The translations under genes were made by a program, and so were the position numbers. The notes under the pieces are model-generated. The model searched no databases. It saw only the letters and a list, made by a program, of their open reading frames with translations, and was not told the DNA's origin. From the NCBI GenBank assembly GCA_964234715.1, contig OZ174277.1: DNA of 64,000 nt. One strand, given 5' to 3'. Source of the stretch: Podarcis melisellensis. Taxonomy: Eukaryota. Shown one piece after another: positions 22,604-35,156 of the stretch (the first letter of the stretch is position 1; the number at the start of each line of letters is the position of its first letter).

Positions 22604-25057
22604 AGAATCATAGAATCATAGAGTTGGAAGAGACCACAAGGGCCATCGAGTCCAACCCCCTGCCAAGCAGGAAACACCATCAGAGCACTCCTGACATATG
22701 GTTATCAAGCCTCTGCTTAAAGACCTCCAAAGAAGGAGACTCCACCACACTCCTTGGCAGCATATAATCAGCATATAATCTTCTTTCTTGTGGTTTGGAT
22801 CCATTGCTCCGTGTCCGCTTCTCTGGAGCAGCAGAAAACAACCTCTCTCCCTCCTCTATGTGACATCCTTTTATATATTTGAACACGACTATCATATCAC
22901 CCCTTAACCTCCTCTTCTCCAGGCTAAACATGCCCAGCTCCCTTAGCCGTTCCTCATAAGGCATCGTTTCCAGGCCTTTGACCATTTTGGTTGCCCTTCT
23001 CTTCACACCTTCCAGTTTGTCAGTGTCCTTCTTGAACTGTGGTGCCCAGAACTGGACACAGTACTCCAGGTGAGGTCTGACCAGAGCAGAATACAGTGGC
23101 ACTATTACTTCCCTTGATCTAGATGCTATACTCCTATTGATGCAGCCCAGAATTGCATTGGCTTTTTTAGCTGCCGCGTCACACTGTTGGCTCATGTCAG
23201 GTTTGTGGTCAACCAAGACTCCTAGATCCTTTTCACATGTACTGCTCTCAAGCCAGGTGTCACCCATCTTGTATTTGTGCCTCTCATTTATTTATTTATT
23301 TTGCCCAAGTGCAATACTTTACATTTCTCCCTGTTAAAATTCATCTTGTTTGTTTTGGCCCAGTTCTCTAATCTGTCAAGGTCGTTTTGAAGTGTGATCC
23401 TGTCCTCTGGGGTGTTAGCCACCCCTCCCAGTTTGGTGTCATCTGCAAATTTGATCAGGATGCCCTTGAGTCCATCATCCATGTTGTTGATAAAGATGTT
23501 GAATAAGACCTGGCCCAAGACAGAACCCTGTGGCACCCCACTAGTCACTCTTCTCCAGGATGAAGAGGAGCCATTGATGAGCACCCTTTGGGTTCGGTCA
23601 GTCAGCCAGTTACAAATCCACTGAGTGGTAGCATAGTCAAGACCGCATTTTACCAGCTTCTTTACAAGAATATCATGGGGCACCTTGTCAAATGCCTTGC
23701 TGAAATCAAGGTAGGCTACATCCACTGTGTTCCCTTCATCTACCAGGCTTGTAATTCTGTCAAAAAACGAGATCAGGTTAGTCTGACATGACTTATTTTT
23801 CAGAAATCCATGCTGACTATTGGTGATCACAGCATTCCTTTCTAGGTGCTCACAGACTGTTTGCTAAATGATCTGCTCCAGAATCTTCCCTGGTATTGAT
23901 GTCAGACCGACTGGGCGGTAATTATTTGGGTCCTCTCTTTTCCCCTTTTTGAAAATAGGGACAACATTTGCCTTCCTCCAGTCTGCCGGGACTTCGCCTG
24001 TTCTCCAGGAATTCTCAAAGATGACTGCCAGTGGTTCTGAGATCACATCTGCCAGTTCTTTTAATACTCTTGGATGCAGTTCATCTGGCCCTGGAGACTT
24101 GAATACATCTAGACTAGCCAAGTATTCTTGTACTATCTCCTTAGTTATTCTGGGCTGTGTTTCCTCTGCTGAATCATTTGCTCCAAATTCTTCAGGTCGG
24201 GTATTGTTTTCTTTATCGGAGAAGACTGAGGCAAAGAAGGCATTGAGGAGTTCAGCCCTTTCTGTGTCCCTTGTTTGCATTTCACCATCTTCTCCTCTGA
24301 GTGACCCCACAGTTTCTTTGTTCTTCCTTTTGCTACGAACATACCCATAAAAGCCTTTTTTGTTGCTTTTAACCTCTCTAGCAAGCCTGAGTTCATTCTG
24401 TGCTTTAGCTTTTCTGACTTTGTGTCTACACGTGCTGGCTATTTGTTTGAATTCCTCTTTGGTGGTTTCCCCCCTTTTCCATTTTTTGTACACATCCTTT
24501 TTTAATCTTAACTCAGTTAAAAGTTCTTTAGATAGGCACCCTGGCTTCTTTAGGCACCTTCCATGTTTCCGTCTCATTGGTATTGCCTGAAGTTGTGCTT
24601 TTACTATCTCCCTCTTAACAAACTCCCAGCCATCATGAACTCCCTTTCCTTTTAGTATTACTGTCCATGGGATCTCACCCAGCACTTCCCTAAGTTTTAT
24701 GAAGTCGGCTTTCTTAAAGTCAAGAAATGGAGTCCTAGTATGCTTGGCTGCTCCTTTCCACTGTATAGTAAACTTCAGAAGAGCATGATCACTCGCGCCT
24801 AATGATCCTTCCACTTCTACCCCACTAACCAGGTCATCAACATTGGTTAGGACCAGATCTAAAATGGCTGTTCCTCTTGTTGCTTCTCCCACTTTCTGGA
24901 CAATGAAGTTGTCTGCAAGGCCAGTGAGGAATCTGTTTGACCTTATGCTCTTGGCTGAGTTTGACATCCAACAAATATCCGGGTAATTGAAGTCCCCCAT
25001 TACTACTATCTCCCTTCCTTTTGCATGCTTGGCCATCTGTTCCAGGAAGGCATCATC
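22604..25057 (-). mobile_element. CR1 LINE, 5'-truncated, ORF2 disrupted
   Basis: GDFNYPDICW (EN), YLDFSKAFD, GVPQGSVLG and FADD motifs; (TTCTATGA)n-type 3' tail; TACTAG at both ends; in-frame stop at 23864 and frameshift at about 23290. Confidence 0.95.
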
Positions 25058-25104
25058 TACTAGCTTGTTCTTACATGCTCATCCTGTTAGTTTGAATGAC
25101 AGTT

Positions 25105-25520
25105 CTTGTTGCTGGCATCCATCTGTCTCAAAAGACAATGGAGTGCACCTCCGGGGGTGAAGTCAAACCAATGGAGATTCAGGATGCCTGCTAGGGCTGC
25201 AGAGACCAATAATTCTAACTGCTGCCTCCCATATTCTTTTTGCTATGTTAGCAGCACTGAAGTGACATCCCCGGGGCACAAGCCTGAGTGGTGTGTCTGG
25301 AGGTTCTGGGCTGCCCAGATGACAAGACCCCCTTCTCAGCCTCCCAGATGGGGTCCACAGGAAAGCAGAGCAAGGCGTTTGGCACCAGACTGTCTGCAAG
25401 AGGTGTTGGAAAGAGGTGTACAAGGTGCCATCCAATCATCTTAGGGACCCCGTTCCGGATCTGTGTAGTGTTTACTCCTTAGCCTTTTCTTTTCCTGAAG
25501 ATATCCCACAAGGCAGCAGA
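25105..25520 (+). mobile_element. RTE-clade-related interspersed repeat (related inverted fragment at about 15930-16085)
   Basis: Shares tggcatccatctgtctc...gacaatggagt...ggggtgaagtcaaacca with the reverse complement of 16024-16085; family assignment from memory. Confidence 0.5.
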
Positions 25521-25527
25521 TAAAATC

Positions 25528-25650
25528 ACAGAATCATAGAATTGGAAGGGACCCTGAAGATCTCATCCAACCCCCTGCAAGCTATCCCTAAGTGGACTGA
25601 ACTGGCAACCTTGGCGATTTCAGCACCATGCTCTAACCAACTGAGTATAT
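25528..25650 (-). mobile_element. Degenerate tRNA-Ile-headed, CR1-tailed SINE
   Basis: Similar to the copy at 54799-54940. Confidence 0.55.
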
Positions 25651-26039
25651 TCAGGAATAATGAGAGAAAGTCTTCTCTTTAAAATTTTACACCAATTGGT
25701 ATAATTCCCTACTGCAAAATATCATGATGGGCAGTCACTTGGATGGTTTTAAAGAAAGACTAGACAAATTATTATAGAATACATCTTTTGAAGCTAAATA
25801 GAAATTCCATGTTCAGAAACATCATATATACATACATGATAACCAGCTACTGAAGACAAACAGGCAAGGCCCATCAATTTCATGCTTCCTGTATGTTTTT
25901 TCAGAGGCCACTGGGCAAGCACCACAAATTCTCTAACTGCTAACAGCTGTGCTTCTGGCACAAGTCAAAGAATTATCACTCAAAACTGTATTCTTCATAT
26001 TCTGATAGAAATGCAAACTAATTAGAATATTCCATTTAC

Positions 26040-26081
26040 CTTGTCACCCTTTTCTCCATAAAAGCCAAGGCCTCTGTTGCC
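26040..26081 (-). CDS. COL4A2: COL4A2 exon 12 (42 bp): GNRGLGFYGEKGDK
   Basis: tttcag| ... |gtaaa; GNRGLGFYG matches human alpha-2(IV) as recalled. Confidence 0.95.
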
Positions 26082-26304
26082 CTGAAATGACAAGTAATGA
26101 TTATTAAACGGGTGTTTTTCTGGCATATGAAGTACTTGCCCAAATGGTGATCTGGAAATCGTTTTTCTCTCTGTTTAACTGTTTTACCAACGATTAAAAT
26201 AATTCTATGACTTTTAGGGTAAAAACTCTCAGTTGCGACTGGCATTTTCTATAGTATCTCTTAAATCTATTCTGATTAAGAAGTAGAATAGTCAATACAT
26301 GCTT

Positions 26305-26895
26305 AATAATAATAGTAATGATAATAATTTATTATTTATACCCCACCCATCTGGCTGGGTTTCCTCAGCAACTCTGGGCAGCTTCCAACAAAGATTAAAA
26401 ATACATTAAAACATCAGTCATAAAAAAACTTTCCTAAACAGGGTTGCCTTCAGATGTCTTCTAAACGTCAGATAGTTGTTTATGTCTTTGACATCTGATG
26501 GGAGAGTATTCCACAGGGAGGGCGCCCTCTGCCTGGTTCCCAGTAGCTTCGCTTCTCTCAGTGAGAAGACCAGAAAACCCTCACAGCTGGACCTCAGTGT
26601 CCAGGCAAAACGATGGGGGTGGAGACGCTCCTTCAGATATACTGGGCCAAGGCCATTTAGGGCATTAAAGGTCAGCACCAACACTTTAAATTGTGCTCAG
26701 AAACTTACTGGGAGCCAATGTAGGTCTTACAGGACCTCACCCACTCACCAGTCTAGCTGCCACATTCTGGATTAGTTGTCGTTTCCGGATCCCCACATAG
26801 AGCACATTGCAGTTGTCCAAGCGGGAGATAACTACAGCATGCACCATTCTGGGGAGGCTGTGGTAAGGGAGGGTCTCAGCCTGCGTACCAGATGC
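26305..26895 (-). mobile_element. L2 LINE 3' fragment with AAT-rich tail
   Basis: VISRLDNCN and LIQNVAARLV motifs; 3' UTR shared with 62791-63895. Confidence 0.85.
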
Positions 26896-26974
26896 CTGGC
26901 TACCCAAAACCTCAGTCATTGGGGCAAATAATTATTTCTATGCAACAACATTACTGTTGGAACTGATTTTCTAA

Positions 26975-27270
26975 GTTTTGGAACAGAAATTGCTTCAGTT
27001 GCTTTGTGTGATGACTTCTGTGGGGAGAGAAACAAGGGAAACGTATGCCTGTTACTTCTCCTTGACCTCTCAGCGGCTTTCAATACTATTGACCATGGTA
27101 TCCTCCTTCTGGAGTGGCTGTCCGAGTTGGGGTGGGTGGCACCACTTTGCAGTGTTTCCGGTCCTACTTGGTTGGACATTTCCAGAGGGTTAAGCTTGGG
27201 GAGTGTTCTTCAGCCCTGTGGAACCTTCAATGTGCGGTTCCTCAGGGTTTGATTTTATCCCCTATGCTCT
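26975..27270 (+). mobile_element. L2 RT fragment in the opposite orientation
   Basis: LLLDLSAAFNTIDHGILL and VPQGLILSPML motifs. Confidence 0.8.
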
Positions 27271-27994
27271 GGCAAACATCCATCAGTATTCTTTCCCAAA
27301 GGCTACTTATCTTCCCAGCCTCAGCTTTGTCCAATCAATTTCTATTTCTCATTTTATGCATCTCCACTCTTAGTTCTTCTATTGTTCATTCAGTAATTGC
27401 TGTATGACACTAACAATCAGAAGGTGTTTTTCAGTATTTTCACCATACTGAGTGCCTACTCTGAAATTCACACAGTCTTTGCTTATCAGGAAGTTAAATT
27501 CCAAACATTTCACTTTCCCAGTGAGCAGCCATGTAGTTTCACATTACAAGCAGCACATTCATCAGTGAAGCAGAGGATTAAGAGCAGAATGAATTAAGAT
27601 GAAAATTTCTAAGAGTTGGAGAATCTATTAACTATTTACAAACTTTCTTCAGTACACGTATTTCAAACACGCCTTTTGTTTTGCTTTAATTTAAGCCCCT
27701 TGGTGGTGTCTCCTCTTAAGCCGGCCGTTGGATCAGATAGTATCAGTAGTAATTTATACAAGTTTCAGATATCATTGTAGAGAGGCAGGTTGAGCTGATC
27801 TTTGCCCTAAGGACTGACCCCAAGGGCTATTAAGTTGTGTTTGGACAATATTGTGGTTCTTCTGCTCCCTGGTCACTCACCTGTTGAGGTTCCTTGAAAA
27901 TCTTGCAGTCCCACACAGGGAAAGAAGCCCTTCCAGACCATTGGAAGTTAATTCATTTTATCTTTGTCCCTCAGAGATAATATGATAGGCAGTA

Positions 27995-28327
27995 AAGGTA
28001 AAGGAACCCCTATTAGGTCCAGTCGTGGCCGACTCTGGGGTTGTGGCGCTCATCTCGCTTTATTGGCCGACAGCTTCCGGGTCATGTGGCCAGCATGATT
28101 AAGCCGCTTCTGGTGAACCAGAGCAGCGCACGGAAACGCCGTTTACCTTCCCACCGGAGCGGTACCTATTTATCTACTTGCACTTTGACGTGCTTTTGAA
28201 CTGTTAGGTTGGCAGGAGCAGGGACTGAGCAATGGGAGCTCACCCGGTCGTGGGGATTTGAACCGCTGCCCTTCTGATCGGCAAGCCCTAGACTCTGTGG
28301 TTTAACCCACAGCGCCACCCGTGTCCC
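27995..28327 (-). mobile_element. Sauria SINE, full length
   Basis: Same sequence family as 14811-15159; 13-bp TSD atgataggcagta. Confidence 0.92.
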
Positions 28328-28351
28328 ATGATAGGCAGTAGCTATTGTTAA

Positions 28352-28470
28352 AGGTAAAGGACCCCTGACAGTTAAGTCGCGAATGATTCTGGGGTTGCGG
28401 CGGTCATCTCGCTTCACTGGCCGAGGGAGCCGACATTTGTCCGCAGACAGTTTTTCCGTGTCGTGGCCAG
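28352..28470 (-). mobile_element. Sauria SINE, 5'-truncated
   Basis: (ACCTTT) tail; 16-bp TSD cagtagcta(t/c)tgttaa. Confidence 0.85.
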
Positions 28471-29781
28471 CAGTAGCTACTGTTAATCACCACCTAATTA
28501 TCTCAATCAATGGAGCCTTGATGGAGCTATGATTCCTCCCCGGAAATCCATCTTCAGAGAGAGAAAAGGAACAAGCAGGACTGCCTTGTCCTTCTCTAGC
28601 CTAGTTAGACTAGAAACCTTTTCTATTCGAGTCATGCACATCCTACAATGAATAACTTAATTACTATTTTAGTTCATGGGTGTTCACCATGTTCACACTA
28701 GACAAGGGCAAAGACTTATGAGAAGTAGGCTGGACTCCCTCAGTTTTTCCTCCTGTCTAGGCGCAGACAATACATTCCTCCCGGCTCTCCTGACTCAGCT
28801 AAGTTGTTACTAGTTTCTGAACTCCCCCTTTTCCCTTTAGATTTTCCATATTATTGTTTTAGTTTTACTGTACAGTTCTTTGCCCATGCAGTGTGTTTTC
28901 CACCAAAAAAGGGGGGGGGCTTTCCGTTGCTCTTTATGTTTGGTTGTTCCGCTTATTTGCCACCCTTTTTTTTATTCCTTAGTTGTTTACTTATATTGAT
29001 ATTTTTTCCAGAATTATTTATTCCGCTTCGGTGTGTGTGTGGTTGTGTGCTACTTGTGTGGCTGCTGGTGTGGCATTTGCATTCTCCTGCCCTAATTTTA
29101 AAATGGCTTGGCTGCCTCCTCCTGGTTCACTGTTTTTACACTAACAATGGAGTGAGCGTTCCTCTTATGTCCCTGCCTGCCTGCTTCTATTGGCTTTTGA
29201 TACTGAGTCCTGCCTGCCTGTCTCCTGGTTCGTTTTGGCGGCGACAGAGGGCCCGCCCCTCGTCCTCATCCTCCTGGTTGGCAGCTGGGACAAGGAGTGT
29301 GTGTGTGGCTTCTGTTTCCCCCCACATCGGGTTCACAGAGTGGCAAACAGAGTGTGTAGTTTGGTGTGAGGTTTTTGCCTGCGGGTGAGGCGCAGATTGA
29401 TGCTTTATCTGATTCTGAGCCAGAATGTTTAGGTTTTTCTGAGGATCAGAGACAAGAGCATCATGACCCCTCTCCAGCCACTGCAGATGCTCCACCTCCC
29501 ATTTCTCAAAACTTTCCAGCCTCATTGATTGAGCAGTTGAAGGAAGCCCTTATTGCTTCACTGTTCTCTGAATTGCATTTAAACTTATCTCCAAAGAAGC
29601 AGCCTAGGTCAAAGAAAGTAACCCATTCTGCCACCCAGAATTGTGGTATTCCACTTTATCTTTATGGCTTAAACTCCTCAACTGACCAAAGGAACTTCTA
29701 TAGCAAATTTGCATTTGCAACAGACCTGTGGATCATGTTCTGTGGACCCAAGATGGTCACAATCGTCAGAAAAAGACTTAC

Positions 29782-29817
29782 CTGAAGTCCTGGAGATCCT
29801 GGTGGCCCTGGAGGTCC
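29782..29817 (-). CDS. COL4A2: COL4A2 exon 11 (36 bp): [12 protein letters not shown]
   Basis: tttcag| ... |gtaagt. Confidence 0.92.
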
Positions 29818-30106
29818 CTGAAAACAGAAGTTAGACAGTAAGGGATCCCTTTGGAGTGCTCACTTCATGTAAATATAGGTATTTCACATACAGCTTTTAA
29901 AATGTACCTAGAATCTAAATATTTTAATAACTGTTTCAGCACTCCAGTGTCCTTTCATGTTTTAATAAAAAGCATTAATTCTAACTTGAGGAGTTCTGAG
30001 ATTTGCCCATGTGCAGTCATCAGGATACCACGCTGCTATCTGCATACATGTAACCATTCCCCAGGGCAGCTGATGAATTATAATTTATGCATTTCATTAT
30101 ACTTAC

Positions 30107-30169
30107 AGGTAGACCTGTGTTTCCAACTGGACCAAATATACCCACTGCACCAGGAGCACCCTGAGGTCC
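30107..30169 (-). CDS. COL4A2: COL4A2 exon 10 (63 bp): GPQGAPGAVGIFGPVGNTGLP
   Basis: ctag| ... |gtaagt; seven triplets. Confidence 0.92.
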
Positions 30170-30271
30170 CTAGACAGGAAGATAATTGCTTGTTTTTAAA
30201 ATCAAACTGTTCCTTAATAGTTTATCATAAAGTCACTCTTAAAAATTGTTATTTATCACCTTAGTACTTAC

Positions 30272-30307
30272 CGGGAAGCCCCTCAAACCTGGGTCACCAG
30301 TGTCTCC
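30272..30307 (-). CDS. COL4A2: COL4A2 exon 9 (36 bp): GDTGDPGLRGFP
   Basis: ctctag| ... |gtaagt. Confidence 0.92.
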
Positions 30308-30989
30308 CTAGAGAAAGAAATCTTAGGTAGTAAATGCAAGTCTAACATAAACAGCAATTTCTACTACATTGAAATAAAAAGGTACATATACATTATTTAC
30401 AGAACTTTGTGATTATTTGCAAAATGCAAAAGATAAAAGTAATTAGAAAAGTAAATTTTGTCAGTATGGCAATGTCTTCAATTCATATTTGTAACAGAAA
30501 CAAAACATTTAACAACTAATATGCAAATACTTATTTCCTATAAAACATAATACCTATGTCTAGACAGTATATGATTTGTTTCAATATATTCACTTGAAAG
30601 AGCATGGGGAACAGCCCATGGAAAAGGACTTTTCTTGACCATAAAGATTTGTAATGCTATGATAACTGTTACAGAACTTGCATAGGATGATATTTTACTT
30701 GCATTGGATAGAATCTATTTCTACATATATATACTGAAAAATGAGATGCAAGATTTTCAGTTGACAGTCTACATTTGGGAACATGATAAAAAAGCCTTCC
30801 TCCTGAAAATTTGGCTTCAGAACATAACTGGAAGGTTTCAAACTTCTCACATATTCAGGAAGAGCTGAGACTCTCAAAACATTTGAAAGGAGGTAGAGTA
30901 AAACATGGTAACCAAAAAACCACGGTACCAGAAAACATGCTAACTTTGCACAACATCTTTTTAAGTTCTTAACAGCAGCGCAAACTTAC

Positions 30990-31061
30990 CCTGAACTGCA
31001 CGGCTAATTCCGGAGTAAAAACAAAGGGCTCTCCCTTCTGACCTTTGGGTCCTTGGATTCC
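30990..31061 (-). CDS. COL4A2: COL4A2 exon 8 (72 bp): GIQGPKGQKGEPFVFTPELAVQFR (end of 7S and first interruption)
   Basis: ctgtag| ... |gtaagt; QGPKGQKGEP conserved with human. Confidence 0.94.
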
Positions 31062-33558
31062 CTACAGTGGTTGAAAACAAGTATTTAGCTCTCTGCCCAT
31101 GATCAGTAACAGCACAAGGGTTTTATGGAGTTGTTTCAGTAAATCTATGTGTATCCATATGTAAGCACTACCATTCCTCTTCCGATCTAGGAATCCATTG
31201 AAAAAATGTGCTTTCCAACATGGGTATGGAGTAAAAGCCTTCCTAAACCCTACCTCAAGCCAACAGAAGGTAGTGTTGTAAATTTAAATGAAGGTAAGTT
31301 GCAAACTATAGGATTTGCGGCCCATATTGGGACTACTACACATGCCACATAATACCCGTTCCGGATTTGTAAGAACTTGATCGTTTAGTGTGGCAGCACC
31401 TGCAATATGGAACTCCCTGCCAATTGAGATCAAGAAGGCACCTTTGTTCAATTTCCTGCTTCATCACAAGTCAAAGGTGTTCACTCCCCGCTGCAGGTGA
31501 GGTTCAGGCAGGGGAAAGCCAGGATTTATGAGGCGAAAATCCTGACCATGTTCCCCAGTGTGGTCTGGGGAGCTCAATGCGGCCCGCTGTGCTGCTCAAG
31601 CCCGTGTCTGCCAACTTGAAAGGGAGTGTGACCTGGGAGTGTGTCCCTGATGTGGACGAGCTTTTGTCTCTGGCATGATTTGGGTTGGTTCATCTTTAAT
31701 CTGGTATACTAGCATTTAATCAAGAGGTGCTCCTAGGTTGACATATGATAATGGGCTGAAATCAATTAGCTGCCAAAAGGACTGGGCCTGGCTCTTTGAA
31801 GGTATCGAATGTTTTTTCTAAAGTTTGAAAATCCTCACAACAGCCAAGAAAGGAAAGGGGAGGACAAGGTGGTCTTTTTCTTGTCCTCCCCGTAAAATGA
31901 AAGAGACGTGTGTAGCCACGGCTATGTTATTCTGCCTGCTACCATGGAAAAGAGGAGGGAAACTTTTGATTTATGCTCAACAAGGAATTTAACAAGGTTT
32001 TATTATGCCCTCCGCCCTCAACCAAGGTTGAATGGACTCTATTTAAAATCATCTTTGGATTGGGCCAGGAATGTGAGGGAGCAATGCAGAGCAAGAAGAA
32101 TGAACAGCTGCTGAACAGATCTGGCAAGAGGCCGAGTTTGATAAAAGATCTTGTATTTAACTGTGTGCCAAGGAAGAACTCCAGAGTGGAATTTTAATGG
32201 CAGAGACTGGACATGTACTCTGTGAGTCATTTATGGCTGCAGCCCATTTGCTAGTTGGTGAACAGCAGAAGGAATGGAATGTGACCTTGTACCATCCAGA
32301 TAAACACAGTAAAGAACTGAACAATGGAAGATAGTAATTAATTCTCCTAGCACACCAGGTCTGAAACAACAATGTACATGAAGAACTTCACACGTGAACT
32401 GGTATTCAGAGGCACACTGCCTCCAGCAGTAATCATAACCAACATGGCTAGTAGGAATTGATAGCCTTAGTCTACATGAACTTGTCCGATCCCTTTTTAA
32501 GTCAGCTTGGTGGCCAATACTATATCCTGTGGCAGCAACCTCCATAGTTTAATCTCTTTTTTTCTGTTCTGAATTTTCCAATGGTCCTAGGTTCCAGTAT
32601 TATGTGAGAGGTCCCTCCACCCAAAAATGATACACACAAACTCCATTTGATTGTAAGCAAAACAAAAAACAACCCCTCAAAGCAGTTTACATAAAAGAAT
32701 GGAATTGCGAAATTATCAGTTAAAAAGTTAGAAACAGCTGTTTAAAAGAGATAGAAAAAGTTTCTCCACACCACACATAATGGATGGGACTGTTACCTTT
32801 GTACAGTAGCCACCCAAACTCAGGTGTTTCTTTTTCACACGTTTCCATCCAAGCAAGGAACAGGCACCATCACATGCAAGGGCACATTCCAGTCAGGCAA
32901 AACCACTAAAGCAGTGGTTCCCAACCTTTTCTTGGCCATGCCCCACCTAAGCATCTCTAAAATCCTCGTGCCCCCCCCCCGTGACATATAATTCTTATTA
33001 TTCAAAAAGTGAACCCCTATTCACATGTAGGAAGCCTAAAAGGCCATTAACTTGGTCTAAACAAGCTTCCAAATTGCCCCCCATAAAATCAAATTGCCCC
33101 CTGTGGGGGGGAGTGCCCCACATGGCACTCAAGCAAGGTGTGGAGAAGGAGTGTAGCTTGGAGACGAGGTGGGACCTAGAGGGGGTGAGGCTCCCTCACG
33201 CTGCCTCCCATGGCAAAGTGAATGCATGGTTTTGGTGGTCCATGATTTGTGACTACACAATATGAGGGAGCTCCATGTTAGCCTAGGAATTATCGCTGTA
33301 CAAGATGAATGCTAGGGATCTTGGGATTTAGCACAGCTATGGAGGAATTATAGTTTTTGCAGACATAATGCTAACAAGACAAATTCGCGTAAACACTCCA
33401 CCAGGCTTCCTCCCGTGAGGGAAAATCTACTACTCTTCTCCTGACACTGGTGATAAGGAGCAGCGTACATTTTGCTGTGGTTTAGAAAACATTTGCAAAG
33501 GTTGCATTAACTAAGATGTAGTTACATTCCATTTATTCATTCAGTGTTAGCAACTTAC

Positions 33559-33675
33559 AAAGAATCCGGGCAAGCCTCCAGGTCCCTGGCCTCCCTGCTG
33601 ACCAGCGTCCCCCTTGGTCCCATTACAGCCATCATGGCCTGGTTTGCCCCTTGATCCTGCTTGACCCGGATGACC
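33559..33675 (-). CDS. COL4A2: COL4A2 exon 7 (117 bp): [39 protein letters not shown] (7S Cys and N-glycan sequon)
   Basis: ctgcag| ... |gtaagt; DGCNGT is a collagen IV 7S hallmark. Confidence 0.95.
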
Positions 33676-35023
33676 CTGCAGAGACAGAACAAACACAAGA
33701 ATGTTTATCCAACCATCTGTTTTTAGTTTCAACTTCCTAGTCTTCATACAGCTCTTAAATGTTCTCACCATTACCCTAAGCAATTACTCCATGAGAAAAC
33801 TGAGTGGGGGGAAATTCTTTAAAATATCTCTGTAGTTTAAACCAGATACCCCAGAAAACTTGAAAAGCCATCAGTGGGAAAAGGAAGTGGACACATGGAC
33901 AATCAGTGGGCTGGGAAGAGTGGAGAAACAAAAGTGAAAAGAAGAGATGCCAATCTATCATCAGTTCCCTCTCTTCTATTTAAAAAAGGAAGCTTACTGA
34001 GGCAAAAGTCAAATGTGACACCAAGTGCACCAGAAGAACTGCATGAATCCAGGCTCTGCTTTGAGCCAAGTCGCCTTCTCTAGGCATCCAGTGTGAGTAG
34101 GCCCCAAACCTGGAGTGCCAACTTGGACAGGCACAGTGGTGTACAGTGCATTTAAATTCAGTTTAAACTACCTGCTTGGTGTGTGGTACATAGCATGGGT
34201 AAGTTCTTTTTGACTGTCTGGATCCATATTTAAAATTCGGCTTGAGAGATTTTGTGTCAAGAATCTCTAAAATCAGGGGAAATCAGTATGAAGGAAGCCA
34301 GTTCTGGGATACATACCTGGGTAGTTCTGGAAAAGAGCATAGGAGTAAAACTTCTTTGTTTATTATTTTATACAACACATTGTTAATTAGAAAGTTCAAA
34401 ACCAAGTTTTACTTTGACAATAATGCCTCCTCAATAATTTCTCATGTTCAGAATTTGGTGAAAGGTAGATTCAAAAGGCTCCGTCATTTGCCCAAGGTTA
34501 TTTGCACTTTAAATATCCTCCAAAACATTCACTATCTGTAGCACAAAAGATTGATTTTTATTTTGTAGAATGGCTTGTATACCTTCTCTCTGTGAAATTA
34601 GGCAGGTAGGCAGGAGAGACAGGGGGTGGACTGTGCAACTGGTGGAGATCCATGGAACTTAAAAAAAAATCCAGTCAGCTTTTACTACAGAATCTACTGT
34701 TTTAAATTAATATTTAGTTTTATATTACTATCTGTTTAAACTTTTACTATTCTATTTCTGTTATGTACTGAAGTTCTCACCCTGGGCCAGAAGGGGGATA
34801 CTGTAGATAGTTTTCAGTCAGGTCCACATATGCAAATAAGGGATTGAAAGTGACGTTCAGTAATTGGATAGTTACAGAAAGTGGTTACAGTTGCGTTGTA
34901 GTGGAGCTCTATATAAGCAGGCTGGCTGAACCCTTCAGTTCAGTTTTGTTGTGGTCTGTGAATAAACAAGAGCTGTTTGAAGAACCGCTGTGCCGTCTGA
35001 TATGTTCACCCACAACTTAACAC

Positions 35024-35038
35024 TGGTGACGAGGATGG
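35024..35038 (+). promoter_or_regulatory. Primer-binding site, tRNA-Ser(GCT) type
   Basis: TGGTGACGAGGATGG is complementary, with one mismatch, to ...CCATCCTCGTCGCCA, the tRNA-Ser(GCT) 3' end as recalled. Confidence 0.75.
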
Positions 35039-35156
35039 AGCTGAATCACTGAGCTGAAACACTGAGCGAAATCACTGAACAGAACCAATTCAGAGCTGAC
35101 CGCTCTGGCTAGAGCACTGCGTTCCATCCATCGCCCTCTACGTCGGCATCGGAACC

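Noticed and set aside
27715-27760. U2 snRNA-like fragment
   Set aside because: Only scattered short matches; not supportable.
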